A DNA stretch of 64,000 bases from Cytophagales bacterium. Its GTDB lineage: Bacteria > Bacteroidota > Bacteroidia > Cytophagales > CCMP332. Shown one piece after another: positions 53,687 through 62,747 of this stretch. The stretch lies in contig OZ245737.1 in NCBI GenBank assembly GCA_965227315.1, positions 859,517 through 923,516 on the forward strand, in the 5' to 3' direction. The translations under genes were made by a program, and so were the position numbers. Under the pieces are notes generated by a model. That model was not told the DNA's origin. It made no database searches and saw only the letters and a program-made list of their open reading frames with translations. Position 1 is the first letter of the stretch. Each line of letters begins with the position of its first letter.

Positions 53687-54472
53687 TTGCCGCTGATGGC
53701 TTGGTTATTCACAGTTTGGGTCATACTTACCTTCGTGGCGGTTTTTCTGTTGCTGCTTCCGGCATACTATGTATTCCTCCTAAATCCGAAATGGAACCGC
53801 ATGGCTCACAAAATCACACGACTATGGGGAATTATCCATTTCAGCATCGCTGGCATCAGAACCAAGGCGCTTTGGGAATTCGAACCTGAGCCCAAAAAAA
53901 ACTATATCTATTGCCCGAACCACTTTTCATACGTAGATATTCCCATCATGGCCCGAACCCTGCCCGGCTACTACCAATTTGTTGGTAAGAGGTCGCTGTC
54001 CAAAATTCCGGTCTTCGGTTATATGTACCGCAAACTTTACATTCTCGTCGAAAGGGAAAGCCGGATAGACAGTTACAGGGCTTTGCAGAATTGTCTTGAC
54101 GCCCTGGACAAGAAGATCAGCATAGTCATTTTTCCCGAAGGAGGTATTCTGACCCCAAATCCTCCGCAAATGACGAGATTAAAGGATGGTGCATTCAGAA
54201 TGGCCATCGAAAAAAAGGTACCCATAGTGCCTGTATCCATTCCATTCAATTGGATATTTTTGCAGGGAAGCAAGCTTGACCCTTCTGTTCTTCCATTGAA
54301 GATCACATATCATAAACCCATAGAGACCAGGGAAATGAACATGGGTGATATTGCAGAACTTAAGGAGCGAACTAGAAAAATAATCCAGGATTCGCTGGAC
54401 AGTGAATTTCAAAATGAAGATCGACAAGGAAACAGTAGAGAAGTTAGCCCATCTGGCAAGATTGAAGCTTGA
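53687..54472 (+). CDS. PlsC-family 1-acyl-sn-glycerol-3-phosphate acyltransferase
   Basis: An N-terminal TM helix, HX4D in CPNHFSYVDIP, and the FPEGG block. The start is either TTG 53687 or ATG 53696. Confidence 0.8.
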   Translation: MPLMAWLFTVWVILTFVAVFLLLLPAYYVFLLNPKWNRMAHKITRLWGIIHFSIAGIRTKALWEFEPEPKKNYIYCPNHFSYVDIPIMARTLPGYYQFVGKRSLSKIPVFGYMYRKLYILVERESRIDSYRALQNCLDALDKKISIVIFPEGGILTPNPPQMTRLKDGAFRMAIEKKVPIVPVSIPFNWIFLQGSKLDPSVLPLKITYHKPIETREMNMGDIAELKERTRKIIQDSLDSEFQNEDRQGNSREVSPSGKIEA

Positions 54473-54707
54473 TGAAGAGAGTTCTGAAAAAATGACCGAG
54501 GATCTTAACCAGATCCTTGAATGGGTAGAACAATTGAAAGCAATCGATACCGAAGGGGTAGAGCCACTGACCGGCATGTCTGAAGAAGAGAATGTGATGA
54601 GAGAGGACGTGGCAAAGGATACCCTCTCCCATGAAGAGGCTTTGAAAAACGCTCCAAAGAAAGATTCCAACTATTTCCGCGTTCCTAAAGTTCTGGGATC
54701 AGAATAA
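54414..54707 (+). CDS. gatC: Asp-tRNA(Asn)/Glu-tRNA(Gln) amidotransferase subunit C
   Basis: MKIDKETVEKLAHLARLKLDEESSEKMTEDLNQILEWVEQLKAIDTEGVEPL is a typical GatC sequence, and the protein is about 97 aa. ATG 54402 is an alternative start. Confidence 0.85.
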   Translation: MKIDKETVEKLAHLARLKLDEESSEKMTEDLNQILEWVEQLKAIDTEGVEPLTGMSEEENVMREDVAKDTLSHEEALKNAPKKDSNYFRVPKVLGSE

Positions 54708-54710
54708 CAC

Positions 54711-57524
54711 TTGTCTAATTTGAACAGAGAGCAGTATTTGTTCGGAGGGGTGATCCTCCTGGGATTGGTGTATATCCTTATCTCATCCCTAGAGCCATTC
54801 TATACCTTGCTTAGGTTTGAGAATGTCTATGAAACCCTATCTATTCCGATCTACCCCATACCCTACCCTTTTCTCGAGGAATGGGTAGGCATTGATGCGA
54901 TCCTGAACTGGAAAAAAGCCGTTGCACAAAAACCAGGTTTTTCATCGGAAGCAGTATTGATCAGCTATCTGTTGTTGTCTTTGGGGTTAGGCTCAATTCA
55001 TGTTTCAGGTCTTAAAATGAAGACCTGGCCTTCTCTGATATCCCTGGGATTGATCATTCTGTTTTTCGGGACTATCCCCTATGAAGAAATCGATCTGCAA
55101 AATGCCCCGAGTCGTTGGCCGGTGATCCTTGTGCTTCTGGTTGGATCCCTGACCTTTTTGCTAAGAAACCGCCTGGCAAACCGTACCCTTCCTGGCTTTT
55201 TATTGTTAAGCCTCTTCTATGGCCTGACCTTTTTTCTGATCCAAGAACTTTCCGGTGCAGATCAGCCCGCATTCTTTCTTCTTCAACTCGTGACCCCCGG
55301 CATGCTGATCTCAGCCCTGCTTCTCCTGATATTGGTGGCTCATGAACCCCTACATCTTTTTGCCAGATTGACATCCAGAAAAGGCAGCCTAAGATCCAAC
55401 GGTTTCCTTCATTTTTCCTTTTTTACCCTGTTGTATTTGGGCAACCTGCTCCTGTACTATCTCTCTACCAACACCGCTCTTATCGCAGGTTTTGACCTGA
55501 TCGACCCGGCATACTTCCTTCTTCTTTCAGGCATCATCGGCTTTTTTCTTTTTGATTTCCTCGCCAGGGGTTTTGGCATCTGGCATGATGATTCGGGACC
55601 GAGGATGTTTTTTACGGGACTGGCGCTCATCGCCATTTCTTTTTATAGCTGGGCTGTTCAGAATTTTAATGACGCATACCTCGATGTCATATCCGACCTG
55701 AGCCTTTTCACCATGCTCGGGGTGGGATTTTTGTTCGCCATATATATAGGAGTCAATTTCGGGAATATCTATGGGTCCAGGGTTGCGTTTGAGGCCGTAC
55801 TTCTGAAGGGCAGAACATTTCCCCTATTCATGGTTTGGGTTGGCGGCCTGACCATCGTCATTCTTCTGGTCCTCAGATCCGGGAAGTTTCAACTCTACCA
55901 GGCCCAGGGAGCATATTATACCGCACTTGCCGATGCCTATTCCCAGGAAGGAGAGGATAAGTTTGCGAAGATCTTTCATGAGAGGTCGGCGGGATTTGCC
56001 TACAGGAATCATAAGGCATTGTATTCGCTTGCCTGGGGTGAACTGCAAAAAAACAAACCAAGGCAGGCCTTGATCTATATCGAGCAGGCAATTCAAAAGG
56101 AAGCCTATGAAGAGGATTATATTCTCGCCGCTGAGATCTACGGAAGGTCCGATGCCCCCTTTGATGAAAACTTCCGACTGAGAGAAGGGTTCAGCCAAAG
56201 CCCGGGCTCCGCTCCCATTACGGTCAATTTAGGCTTGTCCCATTTTTCCATGGGACTCATTGACTCGGCTGCGTACTACTTTATGCAAGCGGGTGAACCT
56301 GGGACTGAAAACCTCAAGGCTCTGGAAATCAAATCCAAAAGGGTTTTTGTTCAGGATCCTCCCGGGTTCCAGTCCTCAAATGCCAATGACTGGCTTCAAG
56401 CATTTTATGGGCGAGAAGTGCCGCCGGAAGCCTATGAAACCGAGAACCTGACTTTCCCGGCCTATTATAATCAGTCTCTTTTCGGTGCGCTGAAAGAAGG
56501 TCGCTATCCATTGGCCTTTCCAGATACATTACAAAAAAATGACCCCTTAAACCGGGCCAACCTGGATCTGGTATATGCCTTGAAATACATCAGAGAATCC
56601 AGATTTGATTCTGCTTCTTACCGTATCATGAAGGCCAACCAAAGATCAGGTGATGCCTATTTCATGAATTTTGCTGCCAGAGCCTTCCTATCCCTCGGGG
56701 CATATCATTGGGCCGCCGATTGGATCTTGAAACTGCGGGAAAAGGGAAATCTTGATCTTGAAGAAGCCTATCTGTTCTGTCTCATCGAACAGGGGAAAAT
56801 GGAAGAAGCGGAAAAGTATTATATCGATCTGGTCAGAACCGCAAATGATGAAAGAAGTGCCAGGCTTTCCGATCCCGATCTTCAGGCTGGTCTTAGGATC
56901 TTTTCAAATGAGAATCAGGATCCTTACCTGCTTCTCTCGGATGTCAAAGATCAGGAAAAAAGAAACCGGGTTGCGATCTGGTTAATGAGAGAAATGGAAC
57001 CGGAGACAGCATTGGAGTTTTTGAATTCAATATCAATTCCCCAAACAACTGGTATAGAGTTGATCGATGGCTTATTGCTTCAATACCTTCGTTCCGGAGA
57101 TACAATTGGTTTTCTTGAAGCCCTCCCGGATCAGGAATTCGAGTCCGGCCTCTTGCACCTCGGAAATTCCATCTCCCGACAAAAAGAGAATAAACCCGAA
57201 GCAGCTCTGACAGAAGCAAGACTGGCCTATGCAAGAAAACCCTGGATCGATGAGGTTGTGATCCAATTGAATACCTGCCTGCTTGATATTGACAGTATAG
57301 GGTTGGCCTATGATCTTATGCTGAACCATGTTGGGAATTTTGGACGCAGCCCAAAGACAAGTATAGCATTGGCGGTAACTTCCCTGCATTATGGCTTGGA
57401 AGAAAATCTCAAAACCGAACTGGCATACCTTGAAAACCATTTAGGATCTGGGGAGTATAAAGAAGCGGAAGCTTCCCTTGAACAACTGAAAATGGAACTG
57501 AGGAATTGGGATGAAAACCGATAA
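54711..57524 (+). CDS. Large polytopic membrane protein with a C-terminal TPR-like soluble region (function unknown)
   Basis: 937 aa. There are about 10 hydrophobic helices in the first 400 aa or so, then a helical-repeat region. The start codon is TTG. Confidence 0.55.
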   Translation: MSNLNREQYLFGGVILLGLVYILISSLEPFYTLLRFENVYETLSIPIYPIPYPFLEEWVGIDAILNWKKAVAQKPGFSSEAVLISYLLLSLGLGSIHVSGLKMKTWPSLISLGLIILFFGTIPYEEIDLQNAPSRWPVILVLLVGSLTFLLRNRLANRTLPGFLLLSLFYGLTFFLIQELSGADQPAFFLLQLVTPGMLISALLLLILVAHEPLHLFARLTSRKGSLRSNGFLHFSFFTLLYLGNLLLYYLSTNTALIAGFDLIDPAYFLLLSGIIGFFLFDFLARGFGIWHDDSGPRMFFTGLALIAISFYSWAVQNFNDAYLDVISDLSLFTMLGVGFLFAIYIGVNFGNIYGSRVAFEAVLLKGRTFPLFMVWVGGLTIVILLVLRSGKFQLYQAQGAYYTALADAYSQEGEDKFAKIFHERSAGFAYRNHKALYSLAWGELQKNKPRQALIYIEQAIQKEAYEEDYILAAEIYGRSDAPFDENFRLREGFSQSPGSAPITVNLGLSHFSMGLIDSAAYYFMQAGEPGTENLKALEIKSKRVFVQDPPGFQSSNANDWLQAFYGREVPPEAYETENLTFPAYYNQSLFGALKEGRYPLAFPDTLQKNDPLNRANLDLVYALKYIRESRFDSASYRIMKANQRSGDAYFMNFAARAFLSLGAYHWAADWILKLREKGNLDLEEAYLFCLIEQGKMEEAEKYYIDLVRTANDERSARLSDPDLQAGLRIFSNENQDPYLLLSDVKDQEKRNRVAIWLMREMEPETALEFLNSISIPQTTGIELIDGLLLQYLRSGDTIGFLEALPDQEFESGLLHLGNSISRQKENKPEAALTEARLAYARKPWIDEVVIQLNTCLLDIDSIGLAYDLMLNHVGNFGRSPKTSIALAVTSLHYGLEENLKTELAYLENHLGSGEYKEAEASLEQLKMELRNWDENR

Positions 57525-57576
57525 TCATATAAGTCTCAACACAGGAATGTTATTTTTATAGATTCGCCGCAGATTC

Positions 57577-58284
57577 ATGGAGATCATTCAAACCAGAGAT
57601 ATTGCAAAGATCTACAAGATGGGAAACCAGGTGGTCGAGGCCTTAAAGACCATCAGTATCAGCATCGACAAGGGAGAGTATGTTGCCTTCATGGGGCCTT
57701 CCGGTTCGGGAAAGTCCACATTGATGAATATTGTTGGTTGCCTGGATACGCCTTCTTCAGGAACCTATATTTTGAACAATAATGACGTGAGCCGGTTAAC
57801 GGAGAACGAACTGGCAGAGATCAGGAACAAGGAGATCGGTTTTGTTTTTCAAACTTTCAACCTTCTTCCCAGATCTTCGGCATTGGAAAACGTAGAACTG
57901 CCTCTGGTATATGCAGGGCTCAGAAAATCGGAAAGACGTGAGCGGGCAATGGCGGCATTGGAAAGTGTTGATCTGGCTGACAGAGTGACCCATAAACCCA
58001 ATGAACTTTCTGGCGGTCAGCGACAAAGGGTTGCCGTGGCCAGGGCTTTGGTCAATGATCCGAGCATAATCCTCGCAGACGAGCCAACAGGTAATTTGGA
58101 CACAAAAACTTCATATGGCATCATGGATCTTTTCCATAAATTGCATGAGATGGGCAATACCATCATCATGGTGACACACGAAGAGGATATAGCCTCCTAT
58201 GCCCACCGCGTGGTGAGGCTCCGCGATGGTTTGGTTGAGGAGGATTTCGAGAACAAGGACATTCGCAAACCAGAACCGGTCTGA
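57577..58284 (+). CDS. ABC transporter ATP-binding protein (MacB/LolD-like)
   Basis: Walker [10 protein letters not shown], signature [15 protein letters not shown], and Walker [12 protein letters not shown]. Confidence 0.9.
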   Translation: MEIIQTRDIAKIYKMGNQVVEALKTISISIDKGEYVAFMGPSGSGKSTLMNIVGCLDTPSSGTYILNNNDVSRLTENELAEIRNKEIGFVFQTFNLLPRSSALENVELPLVYAGLRKSERRERAMAALESVDLADRVTHKPNELSGGQRQRVAVARALVNDPSIILADEPTGNLDTKTSYGIMDLFHKLHEMGNTIIMVTHEEDIASYAHRVVRLRDGLVEEDFENKDIRKPEPV

Positions 58285-58835
58285 TGAAGGTTTACACAAA
58301 AACAGGAGATAAGGGTGAAACTTCCCTTTTTGGAGGCAAAAGGGTTGCCAAATCGCATTTCCGTATCGAAGCATATGGCACCATCGATGAGTTGAATGCC
58401 TACATGGGTTTAGTGCGCGATCAGGAGGTCAACCAAAGCAGGCGGCAGATCTTGAAAAATATTCAGGACCGCCTTTTTACGATCGGATCAATACTGGCTG
58501 CCGATCCTGATAAATCAAATCTACAGGTCCCGGACCTCCACCAGGCCGATATCGATGATCTGGAAAGAGAAATGGACCTGATGGACAATCAGCTTCCTCC
58601 AATGAGGAATTTTATCTTACCCGGTGGCAATCAATCGGTTAGTTTTTGCCATATCGCCAGAACGGTTTGCCGTAGGGCAGAAAGAAGAGTTGTCATCCTT
58701 AACGAGAAGGAAAAAACATTTAATCTTGTACTACAATACCTCAACAGGCTTTCCGATTATCTTTTTGTCTTGGGCAGGAAGATGGGTCAGGAACTAGAGG
58801 CCGAAGAGGTACCCTGGACACCCAGGAAATCCTGA
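58284..58835 (+). CDS. PduO-type ATP:cob(I)alamin adenosyltransferase
   Basis: [24 protein letters not shown]...RIEAYGTIDELNA. The start overlaps the preceding stop (TGATG). Confidence 0.85.
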   Translation: MKVYTKTGDKGETSLFGGKRVAKSHFRIEAYGTIDELNAYMGLVRDQEVNQSRRQILKNIQDRLFTIGSILAADPDKSNLQVPDLHQADIDDLEREMDLMDNQLPPMRNFILPGGNQSVSFCHIARTVCRRAERRVVILNEKEKTFNLVLQYLNRLSDYLFVLGRKMGQELEAEEVPWTPRKS

Positions 58836-58880
58836 CCTGAACAGCAGCACATTTAACTGAACACTATTTACTAAGAAGAA

Positions 58881-59945
58881 ATGCAAACAACGCTTGAAAT
58901 AGACATCCGTAAAACAGAGATCTCAAGGATCGACCAGGTAGATTTCGACAATTTGCCCTTTGGGAGGATCTTCTCCGACCATATGTTCATTTCGGATTAT
59001 GAGAACGAATCCTGGAAAAACCCGCATATCATGCCATACCAGGATCTTCACTTGAGTCCAGCCAATTCAGCGATCCATTACGGACAATCCATTTTTGAAG
59101 GAATGAAGGCTTTCAAATCCGCTGATGGCAGGGTTTTGCTTTTCAGGCCTTATGAGAATTTTCAGCGCTTCAACAGATCCGCAGAAAGGATGTGCATGCC
59201 CCAGGTTTCGGAAGAGCTATTCATCGATGGATTGAGAACTTTGATCAATCTGGATAGGGATTGGGTACCGTCTCAGGAAGGTGAAGCGCTTTATGTTCGT
59301 CCATTCATGTTTGCCATGGATGATTATATCGGCATCAAACCTTCTGACACCTATAAATTCATGATCTTCACCTGTCCTGTGGGAGCATATTATGCCGACC
59401 CGGTAAGGGTAAAGATCGAAACACACTTTACCAGGGCCGTAAAAGGAGGCGTTGGATTCGCTAAAGCAGCAGGCAATTATGCCGCATCGCTCTATCCTTC
59501 CAAAATGGCCCGTGAACAAGGCTTCCACCAATTGATCTGGACCGACGGACAGGAACACAAGTATGTGGAAGAGTCCGGAACCATGAATGTCATTTTTGTG
59601 ATCGACGGAGCACTGAGAACCGCACCTACAAGTGAAACCATTCTCAAGGGCGTAACGCGGGACAGCGTATTGACCATTGCCCGCGATTGGGGGATGGAGG
59701 TCAATGAAAGTCCACTGGAGGTTGCCGAACTTGTGGAGAGCCTGAGAGCCGGAAAGGTTTCCGGGGCCTTTGGAGCAGGAACAGCTGCCACAGTTGCTCC
59801 GATATCTGCCATCGGTCATGAGGATGAGGTCTTCGACCTGGGTTATACCAAGGAGTCGGCGCTATCGACCAAACTTATGACCGAACTCGAGGCGATCAAG
59901 CGAGGCCAGATCGAAGACCGCTTTGGCTGGAATATGGTGATCTAG
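58881..59945 (+). CDS. ilvE: Branched-chain amino acid aminotransferase
   Basis: 354 aa, with class IV aminotransferase motifs (YGQSIFEGMKAFK, GGVGFAKAAGNYA, EESGTMNVF-like). Confidence 0.85.
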   Translation: MQTTLEIDIRKTEISRIDQVDFDNLPFGRIFSDHMFISDYENESWKNPHIMPYQDLHLSPANSAIHYGQSIFEGMKAFKSADGRVLLFRPYENFQRFNRSAERMCMPQVSEELFIDGLRTLINLDRDWVPSQEGEALYVRPFMFAMDDYIGIKPSDTYKFMIFTCPVGAYYADPVRVKIETHFTRAVKGGVGFAKAAGNYAASLYPSKMAREQGFHQLIWTDGQEHKYVEESGTMNVIFVIDGALRTAPTSETILKGVTRDSVLTIARDWGMEVNESPLEVAELVESLRAGKVSGAFGAGTAATVAPISAIGHEDEVFDLGYTKESALSTKLMTELEAIKRGQIEDRFGWNMVI

Positions 59946-59962
59946 ATTATTTTTGCTTCCAT

Positions 59963-61049
59963 ATGACAGGAGAACAACTGAAAGACTTGAAGGCACGCAT
60001 CACGGCCTTGAGGGGGTATCTTTGACTACGATAAGCGTAAGTTCGAGGTAGAAGAAAAAGAGCAGATCAGCGCACAGCCCGGTTTCTGGGAAAACCCGGC
60101 AAAAGCCGAAGCCATGTTAAAGGAGATCAAGAATCTCAAGGTATGGACCAATGCCTATGAAGAGGTCAATACCATGGTGGAAGACCTGGAAACCCTACAG
60201 GAATTCCTAGATGCCGGTGAAGGAGATCCCGAAGAAGTACAAAGCAATTTCAACGCTGCATTGACCAAAATTGAAGACCTGGAGTTGAAGCGTATGCTGA
60301 ACAAACAGGAAGATCAATTGAATGCGGTACTTGAAATAAACCCGGGCGCCGGAGGCACGGAATCCAATGACTGGGCCGAAATGCTGTACCGCATGTACCT
60401 GATGTGGGGAGAAAAGAACGGTTACAAGGTGAAGCAGGTTGATTTCCAACCCGGTGAGGTAGCCGGAATAAAGTCTGCAAGTCTGGAATTTGAGGGTGAG
60501 TTCGCGTACGGATATTTAAAGGCGGAAAACGGTGTGCATCGTCTGGTCAGGATCTCCCCTTTCGACAGCGGAGGTCGCCGACATACCAGTTTTGCCTCGG
60601 TATATGTATATCCTGTGGTGGATGATACCATCAAGATCGAGGTCAATCCGGCCGATATCAGCTGGGATACCTTCCGATCCGGTGGCAAGGGCGGCCAGAA
60701 TGTCAACAAGGTCGAGACCGCAGTTAGATTGAGGCATGCTCCAAGTGGCCTGATCATCGAATGCCAGCAGGAAAGATCACAGTTGCAGAATAAGGAAAAA
60801 GCGATGAATCTGCTGAAATCAAAATTGTATCAGTTGGAGATCGATAAGCGGAATGCGGAAAGGGATGAGATCGAGAGCGGAAAGATGAACATCGACTTCG
60901 GCAGCCAGATCAGGAATTACGTGTTGCACCCCTACAAGCTGGTCAAGGATGCCCGAACTTCTCATGAGCGCAGCGATGTCCAGAATGTCCTCGATGGGGA
61001 TATCAATGATTACCTCAAGGCTTATCTTCTGGAACAGGCGAAGAACTAG
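59963..61049 (+). CDS. prfB: Peptide chain release factor 2, made by a programmed +1 frameshift: join(59963..60022, 60024..61049), 361 aa
   Basis: Frame 0 reads [20 protein letters not shown] then TGA at 60023. The +1 frame continues [25 protein letters not shown]... into the 311-aa ORF, which carries [14 protein letters not shown] and [12 protein letters not shown]. The span of 1087 nt is 1 mod 3. Confidence 0.9.
60011..60026 (+). promoter_or_regulatory. RF2 autoregulatory +1 recoding site (internal SD-like AGGGGG, then CTT TGA C)
   Basis: The sequence AGGGGGTATCTTTGAC is identical in layout to the classical prfB frameshift cassette. Confidence 0.85.
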
Positions 61050-61254
61050 TCCGGATATCAAATAGAAAATTTCCGGATGAAATTCACTTATTGATTATTC
61101 TTTTAATCACTCAGAATTCAAAACCGCGGTACATTATCCGGACGACCTGAACCTACCATGCTTATCAATCTCGCTCCGCGTTTCTTAATTTAGCGGTTAC
61201 CTAAATTTAAAACCGAGTATCAACCCATTGAAAAGGGTTGGCCATGATGCCACC

Positions 61255-61794
61255 ATGAAGGATGCCGAAATTCTTGACCGCATAAAAGCTGGGGATGAGA
61301 CCGCGATGGACTTCATTTATGAGAAGTATTATCGCATGATGGTGAAGATGGTCAGAAAAAACAGCGGCACCGAGGAAGAGGCGAGAGATGTCTACCAGGA
61401 CGCTGTGATCGTTTTCTGGCAGAAGGCCAGGAAACCTGAATTCGTGTTGACGTCGAGGATCAGTACATACCTTTACAGTGTATGCAACAATCTTTGGCTG
61501 AAAGAGCTGGAAAGAAAAAGCCGGCTCAGCGGGGAGACGGCAGATAGCGCAGTGGTTCATGACCACGAGCAACAGGAAAAGATCCGAGCCGTGAGAGCCT
61601 GTATCGAGGAACTAGGTGACACCTGCAAAAAAGTATTGAGCTATTACTATTTTGATGGAATGAGTATGAAGGTAATAGCGGAAAGACTGGGATTCGCGAA
61701 TGCGGAGACCGCGAAAACGAAAAAATATAAATGTAAGAAGGCCCTGGATCAGTTGATCAGGTCGAAATTCAGGGCTTCGGACTTTATGGATTAG
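61255..61794 (+). CDS. Sigma-70 family (ECF-type) RNA polymerase sigma factor
   Basis: Region 2 (RDVYQDAVIVFWQK...YLYSVCNNLW) and a region 4 helix-turn-helix (MSMKVIAERLGFANAETAKTKKYKCKKAL). The ATG at 61255 is preferred over the TTG at 61228. Confidence 0.8.
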   Translation: MKDAEILDRIKAGDETAMDFIYEKYYRMMVKMVRKNSGTEEEARDVYQDAVIVFWQKARKPEFVLTSRISTYLYSVCNNLWLKELERKSRLSGETADSAVVHDHEQQEKIRAVRACIEELGDTCKKVLSYYYFDGMSMKVIAERLGFANAETAKTKKYKCKKALDQLIRSKFRASDFMD

Positions 61795-61795
61795 T

Positions 61796-62710
61796 ATGGC
61801 AGATTTGAGTCAATTTGAAGAAAAGATGGATCAATTCCTTCGCGGAGAGATGTCTCCGACCGAAGCGGATGAATTCCGTCAATCGCTCGAATCCGATCCG
61901 TTGATGAAATCGGAGTTCGAACTCAACGATGCCGTTGTGCAGGGCATCAAAACCTTTCGTAGAGCTGAGCTTAAGGCAAGACTTGCCTCTATTCCGATAA
62001 GCCCTGTACCGGTTAATTTCTGGGCAGGTGTCGGCGGAGCCGCTGTTGTTGGGGCCATTACGGCCACCGTGGTTTACAATATTGTCGTTGACGAGCCTGA
62101 GGTCATCGAAGAGGAAACCACCATCACCGAAGAAGAGATCAGGGAACTCACGCAACCAAAGCAAGAAGCATACGACATTTCAGAAGAACTATCAGACAAT
62201 AGTCAACCGGAAGATCAGGAAACCCAAGAAGTGGTCAACCACAGTGTTACTATTGCTGAAACTCCCTCGGGAGCAGAAGCTGACAATTCCACAATAGAAT
62301 CCATTGTGGAAGAGTCGGCTGATGAAAACTTAGCACAGCCACAGACCCAGGTCATGCTGCCTCCTACTCCTGAAGAGAGTTCGGATTTTGAAACCTCAGC
62401 CCCGGTGGTTAGCGATTCCGAGGATAATGAGTCGTCCAGAATGGAAAAAATGGATGTGCAGATCAAGCAGCATCCTGAGTATAATTTCCATTATAAATAT
62501 TCTGACCATAAGCTTTTCCTCTATGGTTCCCTTCAAAAAGAACCGTACAGGTTGCTTGAACTTGATCAGAATGGCATAACCAATCTTTACCTCGCCTATG
62601 ATGGCAAGTACTACTGGTTGAAGGATCAGACCTTAACCCCTGAACCGCTCAAGCCGATCAGGGATAGAAACCTTCTGAAGAACCTCAGGGAATTGGATTC
62701 ATCAAATTAA
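61796..62710 (+). CDS. Putative anti-sigma factor-like membrane protein
   Basis: It starts 2 nt after the sigma gene. It has a short cytoplasmic helical N-domain, one TM helix (FWAGVGGAAVVGAITATVVYNIVV), an acidic low-complexity linker and a C-terminal globular domain. The assignment rests on position and topology only. Confidence 0.45.
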   Translation: MADLSQFEEKMDQFLRGEMSPTEADEFRQSLESDPLMKSEFELNDAVVQGIKTFRRAELKARLASIPISPVPVNFWAGVGGAAVVGAITATVVYNIVVDEPEVIEEETTITEEEIRELTQPKQEAYDISEELSDNSQPEDQETQEVVNHSVTIAETPSGAEADNSTIESIVEESADENLAQPQTQVMLPPTPEESSDFETSAPVVSDSEDNESSRMEKMDVQIKQHPEYNFHYKYSDHKLFLYGSLQKEPYRLLELDQNGITNLYLAYDGKYYWLKDQTLTPEPLKPIRDRNLLKNLRELDSSN

Positions 62711-62747
62711 CGACTGAGGTTTTCGGGCAAAATTCATATTCATATTT

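Noticed and set aside
53587-53724. A longer N-terminal extension of the 649-aa ORF (start at 53724).
   Set aside because: The extension (MTQTVNNQAISGKIIVRPGF...) precedes a perfect signal peptide that begins at Met 47 (ATG 53586). It would also overlap the divergently transcribed plsC-like gene.
54179-54670. A 163-aa minus-strand ORF spanning the plsC-like/gatC junction.
   Set aside because: It is antisense to two well-supported plus-strand genes and has no motif.
59217-59819. A 200-aa minus-strand ORF (and 59492-59812).
   Set aside because: It is antisense within ilvE, whose plus-strand translation has clear aminotransferase motifs.
60114-60116. The ATG at 60114 as the RF2 start, as in the ORF track.
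   Set aside because: The +1 frame is open back to 60024 and encodes conserved RF2 N-terminal sequence. A canonical CTT TGA C recoding cassette links it to ATG 59963.
61049-61143. Inverted repeats after prfB: TCCGGA at 61050 and 61071, and GTCCGGATA / TATCCGGAC at 61049 and 61135. These could be a terminator or a structured RNA in the 205-nt intergenic region.
   Set aside because: The near hairpin has only a 6-7 bp stem, a 15-nt loop and no T-tract. The far pair encloses 77 nt with no further covariation visible. This is not enough to call a terminator or ncRNA.
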